From Chrysomallon squamiferum (lineage: Eukaryota > Animalia > Mollusca): a stretch of 64,000 nucleotides of DNA. The stretch spans positions 3,968,001 through 4,032,000 of the forward strand of contig CM022673.1 of assembly GCA_012295275.1 (NCBI GenBank), in the 5' to 3' direction. This document shows, one piece after another, positions 28,546 through 41,778 of this stretch. The position numbers and the translations under genes were made by a program. How positions within the stretch are numbered: the stretch's first letter is position 1; every line of letters starts with the position of its first letter. The notes beneath the pieces are model-generated. The model searched no databases and was not told the DNA's origin. It worked only from the letters and a program-made list of their open reading frames with translations.

Positions 28546-30709
28546 TGTCATTACATCACTAGATTACAGGACACAACCTCTGCTGATGTAAACTGTTAAC
28601 AACAAACACATCGTCCAATATTTGTGTCTGGCATATTGCAATTCCAAAACCATAATCTTGTACATTTAAGAGCATTATTTAACTCTTATGTGTTTATATC
28701 TTTGATAATGTTAATTTCTTATATCATCAGAATTAACTCATTTCATAGTTTTAATACAAACCTTTAATCCACTGAATTGACAAGACAGTAATGAAGTCTT
28801 TAGTGGGATGTGTGTAAGTGTGTGTGTGCATACAAAATAGGATGAGTTTACATGTGTGGGTGGTTGGTTTGGTTTTTTATATAGATCTAGTATTTGAAAT
28901 GTAATGAATTGTGTAGATTGTTGTAAATGACCACAATTTTGTTATTGCAGCAGAACTGCTATTTCTATATATGGCATGTATTTGAAAAAGGAAACATACA
29001 GCAGACTGTTGAATTATTTTGTCTTTGTAATTTATCTTTTACTGTTTGTTTATTTGTTTATTATGTGTGCTTCCAAATGTTTTTAGAAGTTTTTAAAGAA
29101 TATCCTGGCTTATCTAAAAAAAAACCTTTTTTTTATAACTGCAACTCAACAGTGAAACTTTACAGTCAACAAGGATATCTTTGCTGCAAGTCCTGATAAT
29201 TATTTCCCTAACCAAGAAATGACAAATTAAATGTTTCAACAAACAGTATTCAGTATATATATAGGTTTGATAGCAAAACCAATAAAAGAGCCACCATATC
29301 AAAGCCAGACAAACTGGAAAAGCTGTCGTTTTTCATTTATTAGGAAAATTATCAACTCTACATAAATTTTTTTTTTTTATTATAAAATGAAACAAAAATG
29401 AATAAACTTCAGATTTTTAATATATTTCCTGTGCATTATTTTCTTCAGAGTTGCTTGAAAATTTATCCACAGCTGTGATATTCATTACCAAAAAAAAAAA
29501 AAAAAGCATGTATTTAAATACTGGTGCACTTCTGGAATGGAAATTCTTTTAAAATGTCAAAGTCAGATGGTAAAATTAAAGTGTAGATTTTTAAAGTAAT
29601 GAAGCAAAGCAAGAACATTTTGAAGCACATTAATAAATGAACTGAAACTAGTTTTGTCCAAACATTTATAGAAAAACCACAAAGACAATAAATTCAGGGC
29701 TGTGCTGTAGATTTTCATTTTCAAACATACCACTGTCTCATCTACTGATGTACACAGAACCATGTACATGTACAGAAACAGCATTAAGTTCATGCAGTTT
29801 TGATAATTTTAAAAGTATCGCACATTTGCTGCTATGGCTGCATTTCTGTGTGAAGGTGTACATAAAAACAATATCCTGCTTCTAAATGAAAAGTTTAAAC
29901 ATTTGTAAATAAAATTTCATACTATATGTGTTTTGTTTTTTGTTTTCTTCTATAATATATTTACTGAACTTAAAAGTCAAAATGAAAAATTGTTACTGGC
30001 AATTATCAGTGTTAAATTTGTATTAATATATGACATTGGAGGTGGAAGATAATCAAATATAATTGGTTTCTTTTAATTTCATTTTAGAAAATAATGTCTA
30101 GTCTGATGTTAGTGACCAAACAGTATATTGGCTAACTGCTGTTAAAAAAATTATGCTGATAGTATTAGGTAATCAGTTCAAATATCTACAAACCAATATT
30201 TCTGTATTGTAAACTGAGTTGTCTGCATTCACTTCAAAGAAGATGCAAATAGCCAGTAAATTTTATGGAATGTGAAGATAAAAAATAGTTTTTAAATAAA
30301 AAAAAAAATAAGATTTATGTGTTATATTTTTTGCTACAAAAACAGACACGATGTTTTTTATGTGGGTGTAATTATAATTTAAAGAATGTTTTCTTAAGCT
30401 ACAAGTATGTTAATCGAATTCATAATACAGCAAATCAAATATATTTTATAATAAAGATTAATTTAAAAACGCTTTAAGATTCTTTATTTTTTTTTTTTTT
30501 TTTTTTTTTTCTCTTTTCTTTCTTACCACATATCAAAAGAAAAAAATGGCATTAGGCAGTCACTGCTTTACAGATTTTCCTTGGTTTAGTCATAATATGA
30601 ATATAATGATAATATTAATATTCTGTATAATAACCAATTATTATTAGATCGTTATACTTTTGGTTCTTATTCTTTTTCTTCTTTTTTCTTGTTTTCTTTC
30701 TATTACAAA

Positions 30710-31259
30710 CCCAGTAATACACTCAAGGGCAGATAACTTTTGATCTGGATCGGATAAAAAAATTGTGAAAGGACGAGGAATGTTCTGAGTTAACTAATAA
30801 TATGTCGACATTGTGTAACGTGCATATACTATGATACAGTTATAATAAAATTAAATGATAATGTCGCATCAGTCTGTGTGTTTATTTCATAAGAAAACGA
30901 TAAGATGCTATTAACAATAAGTTGAATAACATGATAATGAAAATAATTATAATTACAATTTCTACACGGATTGCGATCATTTAAATTTTAATAATTCATA
31001 CTCGAAACTAATGCATTACTGCATTAGATAAAGATTAGAACTCTAAAATCCGGGTAAAAAAAATATATATACATGTATATTTTCTTCAAAAAATTATTAG
31101 ATAATCAAATACAAATATAATTCTTCTATTTAAAAGAAAGTCATAAATTAGTTGCAACTGATCGTGGTCTTGTTTTCAGTTTTTTAAATAGTCGTACATA
31201 TTACATTATATTAAATATTCTTAGTTTAATTTTATTATTATTACTTTCTTCTTCTTTTT

Positions 31260-31319
<60 letters not shown>

Positions 31320-31730
31320 TGTTTATTACTTTTATTTTCAATTTTTTTTTTTTTTCGATTTCATTCATCACTGACCCAAGGGCAGATAATTTGAAATGAG
31401 GACGGAAGAAAACAAAATTGTAAAATGGCATGTGAGGAAACTTTTGAGCTAAATAATACGTCGCGATTTAATAAATGATATGCATATATGTATAATAAAC
31501 TTAAATGACACTGTCTGATCAGCTTGGCTTCTTATTTTACAAAAATAGTTATGATAATGAAAATAATCACACTGATTGCGATCACATAATATTAATAATC
31601 AGAATTATAAACAAAACTTCAAAAGCATCTGATAAAGATTATAGCTCTAAAATCCTTTTTAGAAAGAAAAACAAACATGTTCTTTTGGATAGTTAAATTT
31701 AAACTTTATTCTATTCAAAAATAAGCCCTA
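30710..31730. repeat. Diverged tandem duplication (~30710-31140 vs ~31370-31730) upstream of the BDH gene
   Basis: Collinear shared blocks CAAGGGCAGATAA, ATGATAATGAAAATAAT, GATTGCGATCA and GATAAAGATTA...CTCTAAAATCC. Confidence 0.65.
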
Positions 31731-34700
31731 TAAGTTTCCTCTCTTATGTAATCATCACACAAACGTTCTTAAAAATTAACTTGTGGTAATTTCAAAATGT
31801 GCTGAGAAGTAATTAAATATGTATTAATTTGTTTTTGCAGTCATTCAGTATTTATTGAACTTAAAAAAATATATATAAAAAAATTATCACAGCTTAATTA
31901 TATCACTTTATATTTAATTATTATTATTATTTTTTTAAATAATTCAATTTTTGTTATTGTATTATTTTCAGCTTCCAAACCTCTTGCTGGAAAAGTGGCC
32001 CTTATCACTGGTTCAACAAGTGGGATAGGAAAAGGAATAGCAGAGTGTCTTGCAAAGCAGGGGTGTCATGTGGTAATCAATGGATTTGGAGATCCTGCTG
32101 AAATTCAGAAAATGTGTGAAACCATTACTAGGTACATTTTACTTGTTACAAATTTTATATAACACAGCTATTTTTATTTTATGATTATAATTATCTGGCG
32201 ACACTTATTTTGAAAATACCATGATGATGTTACTTAACATTACTGATGTTGTTAATAACATAACACAAATAAATAATTTCATTCAAATTTAACTTTATTG
32301 AGTTAGTCATTCCAAGGTTGGTAGGTGTTTTGTAAAAATGTGCTATTGTGTGAGAGATTTGATAAGAAGATGTGAATGTTTCAACAGTTTCAGTTTTGTA
32401 TGGCCCAGTTCACGATTCATAATTGTTTTGCCCTGATTTTTATTTAGGATTCATTAATAATACAGGTTGAGGATCCATTATGCAATATTCCAAAATCAGA
32501 AACAACTGGAAATCCAAAATAATGTTTTTCCCACATCTTAGATAGTGAAACCTTTTTGTTTTTGGATAGCATAGTGTACTCAACTTTGTTTCATGCACAA
32601 AGCTATTAAAAATATTATATAAAAATACCTGCAGATTATCTGTTTAAAGTGACTTTGTCTTCAGACCTAGAACCTATTCTCAGGCTAATTCCTTATATTC
32701 TAAAAACCGAAAAGTTTCCAGTCCCAAGCTTTTCAGATAAGAGATCTGCAAATTTGTATATGCCACAGACACCTCAGTGTCTTAATCTGACCCTGATAAG
32801 AAATTACCAGTATCTGAGATGATAAATTATAAATTGTTTTTATTATTCAGCCTGTAACTCTAATAAGAAGACCGCAATGGTTTGTAGTCAGTGTATGAAA
32901 ATTATTTTCACATAATCAGAAAAATCACAAATCAACAACATAGACGTGGAACATATTTCACACACTTTTATAGTTAGTTTTACAGTTTATTTTGCTCGTA
33001 TTGTTTCATTTTTTCAGCTTGAATGATGTAAAGGCAGTGTTCTGTGAAGCAGATTTGACTAAAGTTTCAGATATTGAAAAGCTGCAGCAAGATATTCTCA
33101 GACAGTTTCCTGAAGGACTGGACATACTGGTAAACAATGCAGGCAAGCATTAGTACATTTTTATATCATTATACATAAATACTCACCATTTGTCCCAAGG
33201 CAGTCAAGAAAGCTCTGGAGCCTGTGGACAAGATTTTAATTAAGATACATATTACTGTTTAACCAGAGGAATGTACAGTCAGACATCACATAACTTTATA
33301 CTTAGCAAAGATTGGTTGTGAGAGATTAATAAAAGGATTAGTTGGATGTTTACTGAATTAATTAGTTTATTTATTCACGTGGTGAATAAAAGAACATTTT
33401 AAATGTATTTCTAGGCATTCAACATGTGAGTCCTGTTGAGTCATTTCCTACCGAAAAATGGGATTTCATGATTTCTCTTATGCTGACAGCTCCTTTTCAT
33501 CTGATCAGGTTGTTCCTTCCAAGAATGAAGGAAAAAGGTAAAAGTATAATCCAATTTGTAATAAATATATGGTTTATTTTGTTTTATCCTGTTTCTCTGA
33601 ATATCTTGAGAATTTGGGATTAAAGGCTGCATGTTCATCCAATATTGCAGAAAATTTATAAAAAGTGTACATTATAAATACATGGCTTTTTTGGCTTCAG
33701 CCAGTATCTCATTACTGGTACACCAAACTCTGTGGTATGTGTTGCCCTATCTGAAAGAAGATGAGCAATGATAACGATAGCCCATATGTACTGTCTATTA
33801 AAAACATTATCATCACACAGATATAATGAGTTTCAAATAGTTAGCAGTATTTTATAATAAATCTGCTGAGATTTCAATAAATATCTTTTCTTCGTATCCC
33901 TTTTCTGTACTCAAGATTGCTGTTCATAGTTTTCCTTTCCTTGCTGACAAAAATCTAACAAATTTTAATGTTAAAAATAAAATATTTTTAATAATAATTT
34001 ATTTACTGAATAGTTTTAATGTAGTTCATTCACTGAATAAATTTTAATGATAATTCATTTACTGAAATATTTTGATAATAATTAGTTTACTGAAATAATT
34101 TTAATGATTCATTTATTGAAATATATTCCAGTAATAATTCATTTATTGAAATATATTCCAGTAATAATTCATTTTCTGAAATAATTTTAATGATAATAAT
34201 TTCAATAAATCATTGTTTACTGAAATATTGTTTGTAAACAAAATAATTTATTTAATAAAACATTTACTGAAACGTTTTTAATGACAATTCACTTTAAGAA
34301 ATATTCTTTATAATAATGAGAAGTACAAAACTGCTTTTCAGGCTGGGGAAGAATAATAAACATCTCCTCGGCACATGGACATGTAGCTTCCCCTAACAAG
34401 AGTGCCTATGTTTCAGCCAAACATGGTTTGATAGGCTTAACAAAGGTTAGATATCAACATTCACCATGTATTTTAATTTATTTTATTTTATTATACATAC
34501 ACACACATATTAAATCTAAGCTGTTCTAATCAAAAAATTTACATTTTGATTATTTGATTTCAAAAAAAAAAATTGTGTGATTGGGACTTATTTTATAAAA
34601 TTACAAAAAATTTCAATATAGGTAATTTGTGTGTATACTTTTGTGGTGATGCCGCTTAAATGAATTTTATGTATATTACAAAGATATTGATTTAATTGTT

Positions 34701-35230
34701 TGTTATGGCCAGTCTTTGCTAATAATAAAGTATGGACCCTTAAAAGATGAACTATGGCTGATGTCATCTTTTGTTTTCTTTCATTATTTTTTTTATTGTT
34801 TTCTTATTTATTATTATTTTTTGTTGTTTTTCAAATATTTTTAAAATCATTGCAAAGTTGCTAGTCTTTAATGTGTCAATAATTTGTTATTTAATTTCTC
34901 TTTACGAAAATCCCTCATAGTCTGAACCTGTAAGTTCTTTAAACACTTTTTATTTTATTAAAACCACAGACTGGCAACCAGAAATAAAACAATCTGTACT
35001 ACTTAAACTGTTCTTTAGACAAAGGCAACCCTAGGATTTTGTAACGAATGGCAAGAATTCAGTCCGTATAAACAGTTCTGATTTGTGAATGTTACCAGAA
35101 GTTTATGTGTATCACTCTCAGATCCCTTCATGAATGTATACGTATAAGACTTAGATTTTAATTAGAAGTTTAAAATCTCATATTCATCAGTTCAGAAATT
35201 ATGTTTATAAGTTATTCACTCATTATTTGG

Positions 35231-35268
<38 letters not shown>

Positions 35269-36724
35269 ATTTTATGTTTGAAACATACATGTCTTAGATA
35301 AACTGCAATATATTTTAATTTTTTAATTTTTTTTATAGTGTGTGGCTGTTGAAATTGCTGGCACTGGTGTAACCTGCAATGCAATCTGTCCTGGTTATGT
35401 GGAAACACCATGTATGATAAAAAAAAAATTAATGTTTGGGTGTATGTGTGTTTGCATGTGTGCATATGTTATTTTGCCATCCTTTCTAGCACAATGGTCA
35501 AAGTGTCAGTGCAAGGGTTGTATTCAGTTCTATCGTTCTTCCTTATAAATCATCAAATAAACACACAGTCTTGAGCGGCTGATCAAAAAATCAGTGATGT
35601 GCACCCATGACAGATGTGCTTAAACCTTCAGTGCATTTAAGCATATTTTTTATATACTGGTTGACTAACTGATAGATAGGCTGGTGCACTGATCAATAAA
35701 TGGATGGTCAGGTTGAATGACAGACAGACAGATGGACATTGGATGGACAGTCAAATTGATAAATGGACAGACAGACAGACAGATGGATTGATGGACATTG
35801 GATGGACAGTCAAATTGATAAATGGACAGACAGACAGATAATGAAGTCTCAGATTAGTGGACAGTTAAGAAGAATAGTAGTAGGTTAATGATGAATGTCT
35901 TTTGGTTGTTGACAATGTTAAAAACTGATAAAAGCACAAACATACTGAGTAGCATGTAAAAATTATAAATTGCTAAACAAATATGATTTTTAAAAAAAGA
36001 ACATAAAAGACTTTATAAAAATGTTGGTTATCATGTTCAGAGAGATCAGTTTATTCTGACATTATTAGAGAGTTTGGGGAGAAAAAGGTTATTCTGAATC
36101 AAATGAACCACGAAATGTTACTGGCCTGCTGATTCATGGGTAAATTTTCATGTGTTATAATCTTCTGAATTTTTTTTAATTTTATCAAGTTTCTTTAAGA
36201 TACGCCTTTCATGTATGTGATCTCTAATTTTTCTAGATGTTCCCGAAATAAATTTACTTATAAATGTATAAAAAAAAAAAAAATAAAAAAGTAAAAAATA
36301 ATAACAATAGTAAAAAAAAATTTAAATTCCTCTGATGAGAAAAAATCGGTAGTATTTGTAAAAACTTTATTTTTTCTCTTCACAATGTATAACACAAATT
36401 TAATTAAAATTAATTAACTGATATTACGTGATTATTATAATCGGTGTTCTCTGTTTCTAACCAGATTATTTTCTCCTTCAGTATTTGTGAAGCAGGCAGA
36501 AGAAAGATCAAAGCAAAAAGGAATTTCATATAATGAAGCAAAGGTTAATTTCTGTGATATTTTGAGATTATTTTCAGAAAATATGTAAAATGTACATGCA
36601 TTTGAAAACTTAAGTCACAAATGTTATCATGTATTTTCTTTATTTTCTGTAATGACTTCTCCATCTATCCATCCATTCCCACCTCTCTCTTTTTCTCTCC
36701 ATCCTTCCCCTATTATCCCTCTGT

Positions 36725-36772
<48 letters not shown>

Positions 36773-38631
36773 CATCTAAGTTGTTTTTTTATAAGTGAGT
36801 GACAAAATAGTAATATACATATTTTATTTATGCATTATAAATATGTAACTAACTAAAATCTTTCTGTTTTATTTAAGAGTGAAATTGTCAGTGTCCATCC
36901 ATCAAAAAGCCCTGTAACAGTGCAACAGGTAAATACACATAATGTATACACAGGTAAAAACAACAGTGACAGGTAGTAAATGCTGTGCAAAAAACACAAT
37001 TCTGATAAACTGTTTGAAATTGCTTTCTAACATGTGTGGTCACCATCAATCCAAAATATTGTTAGACATTTTCAGTTTTGCAGCATTTGTGTCCTGATTG
37101 TATCCTAACATTTGTCTCCTGATTGTATCCTAACATTTGTCTCCTGTTTGTATCCTAACATTTGTCTCCTGTTTGTATCCTAACATTTGTCTCCTGATTG
37201 TATCCTAACATTTGTCCTGGTTATATCCTAACATTTGCATCCAGCTGTTTCCTAACATTGTATTCTAACATTTGTCTCCTGATTGTATTCTAACATTTGT
37301 CTCCTGATTATATTCTAACATTTGTCTCCTGTTTGTATCCTAACATTTGTCTCCTGTTTGTATCCTAACATTTGTCTCCTGTTTGTATTCTAACATTTGT
37401 CTCCTGATTGTATTCTAACATTTGTCTCCTGATTGTATTCTAACATTTTGCTACTGATTGTATTCTAACATTTGTCTACTGATTGTATTCTAACATTGTC
37501 TCCTGATTGTATTCTAACATTTGTCTCCTGATTGTATTCTAACATTTGTCTCCTGATTGTATTCTAACATTTGTCTCCTGATTGTATTCTAACATTTTGC
37601 TACTGATTGTATTCTAACATTTGTCTACTGATTGTATTCTAACATTTGTCTACTGATTGTATTCTAACATTTGTCTCCTGATTGTATTCTAACATTTGTC
37701 TCCTGATTATATTCTAACATTTGTCTCCTGATTGTATTCTAACATTTGTCTCCTGATTGTATTCTAACATTTGTCTACTGATTGTATTCTAACATTTGTC
37801 TCCTGATTGTATTCTAACATTTGTCTACTGATTGTATTCTAACATTTGTCTCCTGATTGTATTCTAACATTTGTCTCTGATTGTATTCTAACATTTTGCT
37901 ACTGATTGTATTCTAACATTTGGCTACTGATTGTATTCTAATATTTGTCTCCTGATTGTATTCTAATATTTGTCTCCTGATTGTATTCTAACATTTGTCT
38001 CCTGTTTCCTAACATTTGTCTCCTGAGAATCTGTTTTAACATTCTCCTGATTGTCTCCATCAGATATCTCTGTCATCTGATTAAATGTTTTTTTCTGTTT
38101 ATTGTTTGTGTTTTTTCTTCTTCATTTCAGTTAAATAATACATATATAGATAAAAGGAAAGGCAAACAATGTGACTGATAAGGATTTGAAATACACTTTT
38201 ATTATTTAGGACTTGTCTGCATGAATTAAATAATAAAACTATAACAGTGTATTTGGAAAACTTTATTTATATGAAAATAAAAAATAAAAAACAAAGTGTA
38301 AAATTAATGAAAGAACATCTTTTTATTTCAACAGAATTGCCATTACCCAGTTAACCATGTGACAAAGTAGTCATACAATGGCTGTATTCTTCCTTTATTC
38401 AAAAAACACATATTTAATTAGCACCAGTATCACCACTTTGTATTATTTCATATCTCTAAAACGCTGAGAGAATAAGAGTGAAATTGTCAGTGCCCATCCA
38501 TCAAAAACTCCTGTAACAGTGAAAAGGGTTTTTACTTAAATGACTCTCATATCAACGTGTAAGAAGTGTCAGTACATGTATATATATATGAACCCTGGTG
38601 TGTGTAACATGACTACATTCAGTGGAGCAAA

Positions 38632-38673
<42 letters not shown>

Positions 38674-39681
38674 CATCTGTACATAACAGTGGTTCTCAAA
38701 GGGTGTGTCCTGGGTGTACTGTTTAGATGTGCCCCATGAAATTCTAGGATCTAGGTAGATGATAAAAAATTGATTTATAGTACATTATATCCAGACTTCA
38801 GCATTGAAATGTTCTTTACGGCAGATGGTTATTATTATGTTAAGAGCAGAAAGATATCCAGCAAGAAATAGCCGGTTGCCCAGAAGAAGATTTTGTACAC
38901 GTAAACATGTTCAAAACGAGTTTCGGCTGATGAGCATTTCAGTAAAAACCACTCATCTGGAAGAGAAGAGCTTCTGAAGGTAATCTGGAAATGTTTCCTT
39001 TCACAAGTAAAACTTGCATAAATGATAGCTTCCCCTTAATACGTGAACATTTGACAAATTTGGAAGATAAATTAAATTATTGTTTTCCATCACTTAACAC
39101 TGAACAATACGCTTGGTTTTAAAATCCATTCATAGAAATTTCAGATGATGCTAGTTTAACATTAACCGAACAAGAAGAACTAGAGCTGTATCCATTGATG
39201 GTGGACTGAAGATTAAATATAAGGAATCTAGTCTTGAAAAATTTCAATCAGAGAAGAATACCAGTCAATATCCAAAAAAGCTGTAGCCATTTTACTGCAG
39301 TTTTCAGCATCATATTTATGTGAATTAGGATTTTCCACTCACCAACATTAAGTGCAAAAGAATCCACAAATCTTCAATCTTTTGATGAGAAAATGAGAGT
39401 TTGCTTATCATACATACATCCCAGTGTTTTTCATTAGCACAAAATAGATAATTAAAGGCTTATACCCTTCTTTCAGTTATTTCTGTATTTTTTTACATTT
39501 TTGCATTATACTTCTTAGCATTTTGTGTGTAGTGTGCCCCAACTTCAAAAAGTTTGAGAACCACTGGTATATTATATACACACACACATACATATACATA
39601 CACTACATATATATATATATATATTTATTTATTTATTTATACATACATATACATACAATATGTATATATGTATGTGTATAT

Positions 39682-39724
<43 letters not shown>

Positions 39725-39899
39725 ACAATGCAGAAACACTGATGTTCCGAGATAAATATACGTGTCTGTTATTTAGGAATTTAGTGTGAGGATTTTGCTT
39801 TTCCAGGTTGGAGAAATCGCTGTGTTCCTGTGTTCTCCTGCAGCTGATCAGATGATTGGCACTTCAATAACAGTGGACGGTGGATGGACAGCACACTGA
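31425..39899 (+). CDS. D-3-hydroxybutyrate dehydrogenase, bacterial BdhA-type classical SDR, ~265 aa
   Basis: Exons 31972-32131, 33018-33142 (GC donor), 33415-33537, 34342-34445, 35339-35411, 36482-36543, 36878-36928, 39807-39899 (TGA). The first micro-exon is uncertain (ATGGCAT|gtgag at 31425-31431). Motifs: [47 protein letters not shown] (YxxxK), [17 protein letters not shown]. Confidence 0.92.
32463..32756. mobile_element. Second pogo/Tigger-like MITE copy, in a BDH intron
   Basis: TA-CAGGTTGAGGATCC at the start, degenerate right end followed by TA. Internally similar to 19059-19344. Confidence 0.65.
33985..34315. repeat. AT-rich ~28-30 nt intronic minisatellite (ATTTACTGAAATAATTTTAATGATAATTC-like)
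   Basis: Tandem units visible. Confidence 0.75.
37085..38025. repeat. 25-nt minisatellite (CTAACATTTGTCTCCTGATTGTATT), ~36 copies, in the last BDH intron
   Basis: Highly regular 25-nt period (CTAAC at 37105, 37130, ...). Confidence 0.97.
38477..38527 (+). pseudogene. Intronic duplicate of BDH exon 8 ([17 protein letters not shown])
   Basis: 51-nt homolog of 36878-36928. AG and GT are retained, but there is no polypyrimidine tract and the donor is weak (GTTTTT). Confidence 0.75.
38687..39566 (+). mobile_element. Internally deleted hAT (Charlie/Buster-like) DNA transposon
   Basis: Perfect 14-nt TIRs CAGTGGTTCTCAAA / TTTGAGAACCACTG; degenerate 8-nt TSD (GTACATAA/GTATATTA). Decayed transposase C-terminus, including [15 protein letters not shown]...NPF...EQEEL and [21 protein letters not shown]. 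Confidence 0.9.
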
Positions 39900-41265
39900 C
39901 GTCTTTGAAATCTCTGTTTACACTTTGTAACATTCGTTAATTTCAGAGATAAATTTATAGATTTTCTTTTTTTTCTCTTTAAAAATTTTTATTATCTTTT
40001 TTTTTTTAACAAATTTTACAAAGATTTATGAATTATTTTTACCAATTATATACTACCAGTGATAATATTCAGATTGTTATTTTGTTTTATTATTTTTTTT
40101 TTTTTTAATAATCAAAAATAAATGTATATAATATTAGCAAATTATATATGATCTCTTACACATTTAAAGGATGGGTTGTATTTAAAATAATAATGAAACA
40201 GTTCATTTACAACCATTAGTTAGTATTACAGAAGCTGGAGTATTTTGATTCTTATGTGAGAGATTATTGAAATAAAACTGTTTTTTAATATGGTAACTAA
40301 TCTTTGTTAGTAACTAAGTATCAAAATCAATTAAGTTGCATTTTTTTCATGTAGTCAGGTGTTTAAAACAATATTAGTAATAATAAATCTACAAATAGTC
40401 AGTCTATTCAACACTTTTTTAAAAAGAAAGTTTAATATTTTCGCATAACTTTTATCACATGTTCAGTTACATATATCTTTCGACTGGGATATGAAACTGG
40501 GAAAACAATTGTTTTGTTTTAGTTAATAATATTTTTGTGTAGACAGATCTTTCAACAGCATACAGAATAACTGTAAAAAAAAAGTGTACTAAAACGTTTT
40601 TCCAACTCAGCTTCCAAAGTTAGTATTGTTAATAAAACTATTGTTTTTAAAAGTCGTTTTTATTTCATTTAATTGTTAAATAGTAAAAACAAAAAATACG
40701 GTTTAAAAAACATATTTTATTTCGTTTAACATGTACAGTTAGTGGAAAACAAAACAAATAATAGAAATTATTTGAAGTTCACTCTACTTTAAAAAATAAA
40801 AAAAATTGGTTACAGTAACAGAAATCACTAACAAAGATTTGGTTTTAAAAATCGTTTTTCTTTTCTTTTTCTTTTTTTTTTCTTACAAAACTTTAAGTAC
40901 TACAATATTAATGTATACATTAGCTCAAATGACTAGCGATTTTTTGATGTGTTGAAAATAGTTTGAACTAACAGTTGTAAAGTGTTTTCTGATATGTATC
41001 ATAACTGCTTTTGTCATGATAAAAACTAAAAAAAAAAAAAAAAAAAAAAAATTGAAAAATAATAAATAAATATATAAACTTTAGGTAATAACAATATTGA
41101 AGCCATTTCTAAATCTCAACATCCTATAAAGCTTTTAATACAAATAATAAGAACGGCAGTACATAAAATTTGTGGTAGAGATTTAAAAAAAATAAAAATA
41201 AATAAATGATATAGACAAATTAATCAGAAAACATTAAAAAATGGAAAAAGTATGTAGGAATTTAC

Positions 41266-41406
41266 ACCTCTGAAACCCCATCGGTGCACACGCATAAGTC
41301 CGTAGAGCAGAGGATAAGATTTGAACCTCGTATTCTCTACACCACGGACCTCAACGTATACCACACAACCAAATTTCAAAGGCAACAAAAGCTGCTTATT
41401 TCAGGT
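41266..41406. other. Hypervariable 141-nt cassette, copy 1 (tRNA/SINE-like A and B boxes on the minus strand)
   Basis: Gap-free homolog of 46070-46210, 49451-49591 and 55756-55896. Minus strand carries TGGTTGTGTGG (41371-41361) and GGTTCAAATC (41327-41318). Confidence 0.7.
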
Positions 41407-41778
41407 ACATAACAGGTATTTGTAACTAACACTAGAAATGGTATTTTATGAAAATATGAAATAATGATAATAATAATAGTAATAGTATAGTGAACGGCGC
41501 TGATCTATTTTTCGGGAGAAAAAAATCAAAATTTTACTTTCCGATCAATTTTGTTTATAAAATAAAATACTGTATAAATTATTTTAAGTTGCCATGCACT
41601 TTTCCGAAAGTAGGTTGGCGTCACTCGGTAAACACAGATAAATACTCATGTGAGAATACACACACACATATAATATATAATATATATAATATATAGATAT
41701 ATATGATATATATCTATATATATGAAAGTATATATGTATGTGTGAGTGTGTGTGGATATGTGTCTATATGTGTGTATT

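Noticed and set aside
37085-38025. Regular 25-nt repeats as a CRISPR array
   Set aside because: No unique spacers, eukaryotic intron, no cas genes.
41266-41406. Cassette as a functional tRNA gene
   Set aside because: A- and B-like boxes are present, but no acceptor or anticodon stems can be formed in any copy.
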